A stretch of DNA of 63,982 nt, counting the filler, from Octopus bimaculoides (Eukaryota): the NCBI RefSeq assembly GCF_001194135.2. It is 3 parts of 3 records of this genome, joined end to end, with 100 filler letters (N's around TTAATTAATTAA, not from the genome) between each part and the next. Parts side by side here need not be neighbours in the genome. Positions count along the whole stretch, not along the records: positions 49,864 to 63,982 come from NC_068994.1; 2 more parts are not named here. One strand, given 5' to 3'. Position numbers and translations under genes: made by a program. The notes under the pieces are model-generated. The model was not told the origin of the DNA, did no database searches, and saw only the letters and a list, made by a program, of their open reading frames with translations. Of this stretch, positions 53,524-63,982 are shown piece by piece (positions within the stretch are counted from its first letter, which is position 1; every line of letters starts with the position of its first letter).

Positions 53524-53808
53524 AGGAATTACAGAGGCCGCGAGTTTCGTGTGTTGGCACTTACGTGTTTATACATTATACATACATAATATGTTTGTCT
53601 AAACACACAAACACGCGCGCGCACTCTTTTTACTTGCTTCAATCATGGGCTGCGGCCATACTGGAGCACCGCCTTAAACAATTTTAAGGCGATCAAATCG
53701 TTCCTAGTACTTATTTTTAAGTCTGGTAACGCTTCTGCTCTCTTTTGCCCAACCGTTAATCATAACGAGGATGTAAACAAATCAGATATAGTGCCGACCT
53801 GTCTGCCT

Positions 53809-53850
<42 letters not shown>

Positions 53851-54021
53851 ACACACATACATACATACATACATACCCTCGCATGCACTAGAAAGGACAA
53901 ACGGAATTGTCACGGTTGGAATAGATGTCGCTTGAATGAATAATACGGTTAACCAACGGAATCAACCGTGAATACTAGTTATTTTATAATAACTAGTATA
54001 CACTAAATGGATGGATGGATG

Positions 54022-54063
<42 letters not shown>

Positions 54064-54784
54064 CGGAAAGGTAGATAGACGGGGATGGATGGACAGAGAA
54101 AGAGAGAGAAAGAAAGAAAAAAGAAAGAGATAAGTTCGACAATTTGAAATATTGTGTATTATTGTATGTAGCACTGGATAAACTATGTATGAAAATAAAA
54201 TAAAAATTAAAAAGATTAACGCGGGATGGTCAGAAACGGAAAACTCTTTCTTTCATCACATGTATTGTTAATCAGAGGCTTAACACTGAACAAATCAACA
54301 ATAACAAAAACTAGTAACGGAATAAATGAAGAGATGCCGGTTCATGCTAGATTTACTTCAGTTTAGGAAATTATTTTGAAGTAAAACAAAACATTTTTGG
54401 TGGATCCTCTTTCAGTGTCTATAATGAATGAATGAATATTTTCAGCTCTTCGATGGACAGAACTACCTGTTCGTAGCGTTATTATATTTATCTATAAGTG
54501 GTTGAAATTCCATAGATATACTTGGGCTTTTAATGAAATTTTCCCGTATACTTTGCATAATTTGGTGTTAGACAAGGATGGGCATTTTTGAAAATTTTTA
54601 TTACAGGTATAGTACGTATATAAATCGTTGTTTGTATGTATACATCTATACAATACACACACACACACACACACACACACGCATATATATATATATATAC
54701 ACAGATATACAAATATTGATATACATACACATAGATATATATACACGCACATCGTATATATGTATATGTATATATGTGTGTGTG

Positions 54785-54975
54785 TGTGTTTGTCCACCCA
54801 ACATCGCTTGACAACCGATGCTGGTGTGTTTACGTCCCCGTAACTTAGCGGTTCAGCATAAGAGAGCGATAGAATAAGTACTAGTTTTACGAAGAATAAG
54901 TCCTGGGGTCGATTTGCTCGACTAAAGGCGGTGCTCCAGCATGGCCGCAGTCAAATGACTGAAACAAGTAAAAGA
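54785..54975 (+). mobile_element. SINE S1 3' half, CpG intact
   Basis: Near-identical to 437-630. Confidence 0.85.
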
Positions 54976-56113
54976 TATATACATACATATATATATATAC
55001 ACGCACTCACATAAATATACATGAACACACACATATACATGTGTATATACAGACATACGCATATACATACGTATCTATATATATACGCGCGCACACATAC
55101 ATATACAGAAACGCACACATATACATAGGTATGCACATACACACACGCTTATCTCTATCTACATACGGACATAGGTACACATATACGCACACACACATAT
55201 ATATATACACACACTTATATATATACATGCACACATACACACACCTATAAACATACGCACACATACTTACACTTATATACATATTTATACACATACAGAT
55301 ACATATACACACCTTTATACATACTTCTACACATACGTACACACTTGTATACATACATATATACATGCACATACATGCATATTTGTACATAGGTATATAC
55401 ATACGCATACTTCACACAGTCTACTCAGAGTCATGTCAGTGACTGAGTACTCCATAGCCAGTTGTACTCTTAACATAATCCTTCCCCAATTTCAGCATGT
55501 CACCGTGTCATCAAGCTAGTCCATCGAATTGCCGATACAGCCCATATATATGTGTATTTAACACACACACACTTTTAGAACTCCTTGTTCATAGAACTGG
55601 CCTTACACACACTTGTATCACACACGTAATCCCCAAGCAGTGTTGATATGGCACATTAATTAACAAGGCAAGGACTCTCTCACAGGTATAGTCAACTCGA
55701 GGAAACTCGGCATAAGTTATCCGTCCATCTAGTTTCAGTTATAAGGTTGGTGACCCCCTCAAAGCTGTGTGTGTAGTTACAACACCTATTTCCCGGATAC
55801 TTTGGTCTGGAATCTCTGCTAACCCGCACTAATTCATTAGGAGGCACTTCAAATTCCCGCACCCGCCAGTCTAGTTTCCTGGTACCTTTCACACAGTACA
55901 TTGTTAATAAATTTGAATCAGTCAGTTATAAATAAAGTACCAGTATTTTATTAAATTATTTAAGCAAAATTAAAATTTGTTTAGTTTAGAGAATGATTAA
56001 GCCCTGGTTCGAAAAAAAATCGGTAGTCCAGATTTGCTTTGGAACCAAAGATAACGGAAAATCGATGTTTACGTATATGTGTGTGTGTAATAGAAGATAC
56101 TTTTACCGTTTAT

Positions 56114-56482
56114 CTTTTATTTGTTTCAGTTACTAGATTACGGCCATGTTGGGGCACCGTCTTGAATAGTTTTAGTCGAATAAATCGACCCCAGGAGTTA
56201 TTTTTTAAAGCTTAGTACTTGTTTTATTGGTGTCTTTAGCCGAACCGTTTAGTTACGGGGACGTAAACACACCAGCAACGGTTGTCACTAGGTAGTGAGA
56301 CACAGACGCACACACATATATATATATAGCGCAGGCTTCTTTTAGTTTCCGTCTACCAAATCCACTCACAAGGCTTTGTCGGCCCGAGGCTATAGAAGAA
56401 GACATTTGCCTAAGGCGTCACGCAGTGGGACTGAACCCGGAACCATGTGGTTGGGAAGCAAGCTTCTTATCTCACAGCCACG
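56114..56482 (-). mobile_element. Near-full-length SINE S1
   Basis: tRNA-like head (B box GGTTCAGTCC on the minus strand), CORE-like segment, internal microsatellite and 3' tail all present. Confidence 0.85.
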
Positions 56483-58269
56483 TCTTGGAAATTCGGACCA
56501 AATAAGATTACTAAGTGAACTTCACCATTCGGTTACGCCTGCGTTCAAATACACACACTCGTGCGAAGACGCGGCGGATACACTCACGCATAAAGGAAGT
56601 GCATATACCTTCAGTCCAGAAAAGACAAGCCTTCATTCTGAGACTATGGTAAACATGACAACTGTTTCTAATACAGGTGCAAAGTCTGAAATTTGGTAGG
56701 GTGGGAGATGCACACGATTGCTACTTTATTTTATCGACCTCCGAAAAGAAATGAACAGTAAAGGTGACCTCGGCGGGATTTGAACTCAGAATGTAGACAG
56801 CTAGAACAAATACCGCATGACCAATTTTTTGTAGTTAAAAATATATATTTATATAATACATATATGCTCAAGTGAATGAACCCTAGTATAGCACTTGTTT
56901 TCACTGAACAACAGTGATGGAAAGTGGAGTACGCAATAACGGGTTTAAGGCTGGGTTTCAGGCACTGCAACCCAAAGGCTGCCGCTAGCTGGAGAGACAC
57001 CAGTCATAGAAAAGTTATTGAAAATCTCACTCGAGGTCACACAGAACTTAATAGTCCTGGGGGTTACAAAATACAAACTTCGTTCAGAAAACGTAGGGGT
57101 GGAAATCCCCTAATTTTCAGTTGTTAGAAGAAGGTCTTCAGGCGTCTGGCCCTCATCTTCTTCCCTATCTCGTCAGCCTCCCTGAATTTGGCGTAGCCCA
57201 TGATTCTCTCCCGAAATCCATTTCCATCACTGCTGGAGTGAGATGATAGGCAATTTAGACATGGTTTAAAATTCGTAAATGTAGAAGAAAGAAACTTAAA
57301 TGAATGAATGAATTAGCGTGAGAACGAAATGAAAGTATTGTATTTTCTTTCGCCAATTTACTGTATTTGAAAGCCAGGAATTTTATGCGTAAGTACACAC
57401 ACACACATTTATATATACATATATATATACACACACATATATATACATTCATACATATACACACATATATATACATACATATATATACACATACATATAT
57501 ATACACGCGCACTTGCGTTCTTACAGAATTAAGTCGGAAATTATTTAGTGCGCCAAAAACCGAGATCGTAATTTCTTCGGTTACGATCGAAAGAACAAAA
57601 AAAGCAAGAGAATTTCTGCCCAGACCCATTCCGTTAAGTTTTCAGTTTTGACTTATTTTCGGAAATTTTTTCGAATGCATGTTTTAAATATCATAGATTA
57701 CGACTTTTCAAATGCATGCGTAACTTTTTAAAAGTAAAAAAAAAAAAGAAAGAAAATTTTTCGAAAGTCAAAAACTTTAAAATTACGGAAAGGAGAGTGA
57801 TACCCACCACTTCTGCCTCGTCCTTTGCTTTTGCAGAATCGCAATCCTACGCATATCCGAGGAAATTACAGTGTTTAGCACACTTGATAATTTCCGACTA
57901 TTTCTAAAGGATCATATGTTACATATATACATCGCAGTTGTACAGGTTTGCAGTGCTGTCTCAAAACATGGGTACATTGTGCTACGCTGTTGTCCAAGGA
58001 CTCTCCTCGGGTCTGTGGAACCTAATGCTAATCTATGTTGTGGATGTGCATTTAGAGGCCTTGGTGCATTACTTTGCCCGAGGAGCGGGATGGGGGAAAG
58101 CTGATAAGACAAGTCCTGCTTGTTTGGAATATGACCTGATCCAGAGAAGGTGTGATCCAAACTTCAACAATTTATATCGAGAAGAAAAGCGTTCTGGTGA
58201 CCATTTCAAACGTGTATTTCGTGAAATTTAACATACACACACACACACACACAGATAGACAATTTGTCT

Positions 58270-58339
<70 letters not shown>

Positions 58340-59786
58340 GATGCACATACGCGCAACTACATCGCGGTAAAGTTGACAGTCATTGATATCACTGAACAGG
58401 TACACATTTTTATTTTTTTAAATATTAATCACGTATTAATTGATGAAATGAGGATAGTTTTTGTAATTTTTGAGGGTTTTTTTTTAATCTTTCGTTACCT
58501 TCTCAAACTCTTTTAACCGGAATCAAAATTCTATTAGCCGAAGCGAGAATACCGACAGGTTTTGAAGTTTCTATAGAAAGAATGTAAGATAAACCGACTG
58601 AACAAATGAATGAACGAGTGTGTGAAAAAAGAGATTATAAATGATTGAAAGAAATTTAACGGAAGGTATTTTATATGAAAAATATTTTAAAGTTGACTTA
58701 CCTTAATCTTCTCTATAGTTTTGTAAAGTATGTAGTAATGTATGTATTTGGTGTAGTATGTATGTGGTGTGAGTGCGTGTAGATATGTCGTATGTACACA
58801 AATGGTGTAACAATCTATGTATATAACTTTTTTCGTTTTGTTATCTATCAATTTTGTATTATTTGATTAAAAATAAAATATACTTTTTTCTGTATGTATG
58901 TGTTAGGCTTTTTTAAATCTTTTTTTTTCCTTTCTTTTATTTTTGTTTTGTTTTAACACGTTGGAGTCCTCTCCAACTTCCAGAAATAGAGAAAAAAAAA
59001 CTATTTTAGAAAATATATTTTTCTAATTCATACATTTTTTTGTAATTCGTATATTTTTTGCCATTATCATCATCACTCGGCAATGTGTGTTTATATATCA
59101 TCCTTTTCCGTAACAACTGTTTCTCGCGTGTTAACGAGGGAAAACTGAAGTCCGTGTGTTGTTGATATGTTGAAATAGCTTCATATGGTTGGCTGGCTGG
59201 CTGGGTGTTCGGTCGGTTGGTTGGTTGGCGGGTTTGTCACTGTCGTGGTGGCTGCTTGAGGGAGGGAAAGATAAGTTGAAGTAAAGGTAAGGATTATGAG
59301 AGAGGGTGACGAGGAGGAGGAGGGGACGAAGGGAGTATGAGTTGTAGAGAATGGGGGAAAGGAAGAGAGAATAAGGAAAAGGTTGAGCTAGGGTTGGATT
59401 AAAATGAAGAGAGTGACAGAGGGAGGAAAAGCGAGAGAGAAGTTACAAGAGTGAAAGAGAGAGAGAGAGGGTTAATGTAATAAACGGGAGCTGAGAGAAG
59501 AGAATATGAAAGGGAGGAAGAAAAAGTAAGCGTGCAAGAGAGAGAGAGAGAGAGAAAGAAGAAAGAGAGAGTCTATTTGTGAGAGAAACAGAGAGCGTGA
59601 GGAGAAAATGAAAGAGAAAGTAGAAGAGAAAGACAGTGAAGTGAGAGAGGAACGAAAAGAGGAAATAAAGAGAGGGACTGAGAAAGAAGAGAAGAGAAAA
59701 GGGGAAAAGAAATTATATCATTAATCGGCAGAAGTTAGAGTGTCTCGGGGTCCGTGAGTTTCGTGTTCTGGCACTTAACAAAATTT

Positions 59787-59824
<38 letters not shown>

Positions 59825-60033
59825 ATATGTATGTATATCATGTGTATTTGTGTATATATATATACATATGTGTGTGCGTGCGTGTATATAATAACATGTA
59901 TACGTATGCATATATCTAACTCTATATATATATAGGTATATATGTATGTATATGTTTATATATATAATATATATATATACATACGCACATATATATATAT
60001 ATATGTATGTGTGTATGTATATGTGTGTGTGTG

Positions 60034-60096
<63 letters not shown>

Positions 60097-61319
60097 GCAA
60101 AGAGAGTGAGAGGGAAAGAGAAAGAGGACGCAACAAATAAAGACGGTGTGAAAAAGGAAGTAAACAAAAAAAAAAACAAGTGAGAAAAGAAGAAAAAGTT
60201 GGGGGAGTGAGAGAAAAAGTGAGAAATTAAAGAGAGGGGGAAAAAATGGAGAGAGTGGTCTGCTGTTGTATTGAAATTGGTGTGTGAGAGATGGCAGCAG
60301 CATGTAATGACAGCAGGCTGGCTGGTTTTGGTTCCAAAATGTGTGTGAATGCACGTGTGTGCATGCATGCGAACATCTGTGTGCATGTGCTTGTATGTGT
60401 GTGTGTGTGTGTGTATGATTGTGTTTGAATGAATGTCTGTGTGACTATGTATGGAAAGAAAAAAATATATTCATATATATATATTTTATAAAGAAAAAAT
60501 TATGTAAATAAATAATACACAAATATATTAATGAAAAATTTTTGGAAAAATTAAATAAAGAGAGAAAAAAAAGAACAGGAAATAAATATAGAAATGAAAT
60601 GTGTATTAAAAAAAGGATGAAAAAAAAAAACGAAAAAGAAACTTTAAAAATTCACAAATTTTGTGGAAGGAGAAATTGTTGTTTCCGAATCATGCTGCAT
60701 ACAAGTGGAGCTAACGAAGAGATGGATCACAGGTAGTTCACTAACGACATGTAAACACAACACACACACACACACACACACATACATTTATCCTACATTG
60801 CAAGCATACACATAAGAATACATACACATATGCAGCCATTCAGCTACATTTAGTCATACAAACGTTGTCACAAAATCATATTCAGTCCATGCACACACAC
60901 ATACAACCACAGAGCCATGTATAGTCAAACTGCATACAAAGGGACATACATGTGCATGCACACATACACACACACTTAAATGCACACTCACACAGATACT
61001 CACACATATATGCAGACACACACGGACTCATACAACCACAGTTAGCTTTAGTCAATCACACATCAATACACATATATAATCACAATCATATGTAACTAAA
61101 CACACGTACAACCAGACAAACACAAATACACAAACAGAAATACAAATATAATCACACTTATCCCCACATATACATACATATAGATACACATTACAGTAAA
61201 TAGACATCCCACCACCACCACCAACACCACCACCACCACCACCACCACCACCACTTTCAGCAATGAGTTTTCCAGTTGTTCAGTCAACTAACCAATCTAA
61301 TCATTATATAATAATTATC

Positions 61320-61470
61320 CTTTCTACTATAGGCACAAGGCCTGAAATTTGTGGGAAGGGGCCTAGTCGACCCCAGTACTTGACTGGTACTTGTTTTATT
61401 GAATCCTGGAATGATGAAAGTGAAAGTCAAACTCAATGGAATTTGAATGCAAAAAGATGAAATTCTGCAA
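61320..61470 (-). mobile_element. CpG-decayed SINE S2
   Basis: CTTTCTACTATAGGCACAAGGCCTGAAATT...GACCCCAGTACTTGACTGGTAC. Confidence 0.7.
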
Positions 61471-61481
61471 ATATTAATAAC

Positions 61482-61534
<53 letters not shown>

Positions 61535-61543
61535 TAATAATAA

Positions 61544-61860
61544 TCATCGTTTAACGTCCGTTTTCCATGCTAGCATGTGTTGGACAATTTGACTGAGGAC
61601 TGGTGAACCAGACGGCTACACCAGGCTCCAATCTGATTCAGCAGAGTTTCTACAGCTGGATGCCCTTCCTAACGACAACCACTCTGAGAGTGTAGTGGGT
61701 GCTTTTACGTGCCACCGGCACAAAGGCCAGTCATGCGGTACTGGCAACGGCCACACACAAAATGGTGTATTTTACGTGCCACCTGCACAGGAGCCAGTCC
61801 AGCGGCACTGGCAACGACCTCGCTCGGATGTCTTTTCACGTGCCACTGTCACAAGTACCG
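61544..61860 (-). mobile_element. SINE-like element (family S3) with conserved GGATGCCCTTCCTAACG domain and internal sub-repeats
   Basis: Motif at about 61658-61674, repeated TTTTACGTGCCACC blocks, adjoining (AAT)n. Family name not assigned. Confidence 0.6.
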
Positions 61861-61879
61861 GGAAAATAATAATAATATT

Positions 61880-62098
61880 CCTTTCTACTATAGGTGCAAG
61901 GCCTGAAATTTTGGGAGAGAGGGCTAGTCGATTATGTTGACCCCAGTGCATAATTGGTACTTATTTCATTAACTCCGAAAGGATGGAAGGCAAAGTTGAC
62001 CTTGGCAGAATTTGAACTGAGAATGTAGAGATGGATGAAATGCGGCTAAGCATTTTGCCTGGCATGTGGTATGCTAACATTTCTGCCAGCTCACCGCC

Positions 62099-62100
<2 letters not shown>
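61880..62100 (-). mobile_element. CpG-decayed full SINE S2
   Basis: Homologous to 25919-26130. Confidence 0.8.
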
Positions 62101-62141
<41 letters not shown>

Positions 62142-62194
62142 TAATAATAATAATAATAATGATAATAATGATAATGATAATGATAATAATAATA

Positions 62195-62580
62195 GGCACA
62201 AGAGTGACTGTGTGGTAGACAGCTTGCTTACCAATGACATGGTTCCGGGTTCAGTCCCACTGTGTGGCACCTTGCACAATTGTCTTCTACTGTAGCCCCA
62301 AGTTGACAAAAGCTTTGTGAGTGGATTTGGTAGACGGAAACTGAAAGAAGCCCATCATGTGTGTGTGTGTGTGTGTGTTCGTGTGTCTGTGTTTGTTCTC
62401 GCCGCCATCGCTTGATAACCGATGTTGGTGTGTTTGCGTCCCTGAAACTTAGCGGTTCAACAAAAGAAACCGATAGAATAAGTATTAGGCATACAATGAT
62501 TAAGTCCTGGGGTCGATTTGTTCGACTAAGGGCAGTGCTCTAGCATGACTGCAGTCAAATGACTGAAACGAATAAAAGAA
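62195..62580 (+). mobile_element. Full-length SINE S1
   Basis: Head, CORE-like segment, (TG)n and tail are contiguous; flanked by (AAT)n on both sides. Confidence 0.85.
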
Positions 62581-62614
62581 AAATATATAAAAGAATAATA
62601 ACAACAACAACAAC

Positions 62615-63180
<566 letters not shown>

Positions 63181-63249
63181 TTTTATTGTTGTTTTAGCTG
63201 TTGTTGTTGTACTTGATATTGTGATTGTTTTTGTTCTTATAGTTGTAAA

Positions 63250-63562
63250 TGGGTAAAGACCCCCTTCGGTCGTGAATGACAATGGGATTGCACCTAGAAA
63301 GTTCCTCTCTGAAGCATAAGTCTGGGCAAGGTTGTTTGTGGAAGACCAGCAGTCGCCCGTGCATATCAGCCTCCCCTCTCCACACCACCGATGTTATGCA
63401 AGGGAAAGGCAAAGGCCGATACAACTTGGCACCAGTGACGTCAAACCTCATTTTTACAACAGAGTGAACTGGAGCAATGTGAAATAAAGTGTTTTGCTCA
63501 AGAACGGAACACACAGCCCAGTCTGGGAATTGAACTCACTACCTCATGATTGTGAACCCAGG
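63250..63562 (-). mobile_element. tRNA-derived CORE-type SINE (family S4)
   Basis: Minus strand GTGAGTTCAATTCCCAG (B box) then CTTGAGCAAAACACTTTATTTCACATTGCTCCAG; a degenerate plus-strand relative lies near 7010-7130. Confidence 0.65.
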
Positions 63563-63982
63563 GTTAATGTTATTTCTCATCAACATTTTCTGATCATGGG
63601 CAGATATATTAGGAAGAAAAGTGAGAAAGCAAAGAAAGAAATGTGTGTGTTTGTGTGCATGTGTTTGTGTGTGATGGGTGTATATATGTATAGATATCTG
63701 TATGCATGTATATATATATGTATATATGTGTACATATTACATGTACATCTATATATACACATATGTATACATATACATGTATGCATATAGATCTATATCT
63801 ATATATATATCTATGCATATACGTGTACATCTACATGTATATGTATACATATACATCTCTTTCTCTCTCTTTCTCTCTTTCTCTCTTTCTCTCTCTCTTT
63901 CTCTCTTTCTCTCTCTCTGAAAGTATCTGTCATTACAGTATCGAAATGTGATTGTTTCAGTTAGTGGAATAACGTGTACATA

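Noticed and set aside
55450-55900. APE endonuclease relic (LITETRW)
   Set aside because: One short motif with no other conserved APE motifs in order.
57871-58231. Overlapping 77-97 aa ORFs
   Set aside because: No recognisable domain or consistent splice sites; within chance expectation.

Overview
AT-rich, microsatellite-dense animal genomic DNA with roughly 6.5 kb of N gaps. The SINE families look like those of Octopus (inference from recalled repeat consensus, not from a search). I recognise no intact host protein-coding gene, and almost all ORFs in the supplied track are microsatellite or gap artefacts. Supported features: one full-length 5S rRNA copy between 12-bp direct repeats (probable retrocopy); a decayed Penelope-like element (RT C-terminus plus GIY-YIG endonuclease); the 5' half of a LINE with a CCHC-knuckle ORF1; 3' fragments of a HERO/NeSL-type and an RTE-type LINE; two DD37D (maT) and one mariner transposase relic; many tRNA-derived SINEs; and a 1.1-kb 16-bp minisatellite with a 192-bp higher-order repeat. 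The most interesting signal is a set of type I hammerhead-ribozyme motifs with palindromic stem III. They include a convergent tail-to-tail pair, a repeated A6U core variant and one with a very long stem II, and they point to small non-autonomous ribozyme-carrying Penelope-derived or retrozyme-like elements. CpG decay inside SINE copies also outlines probable methylated gene-body domains, one containing candidate terminal exons.
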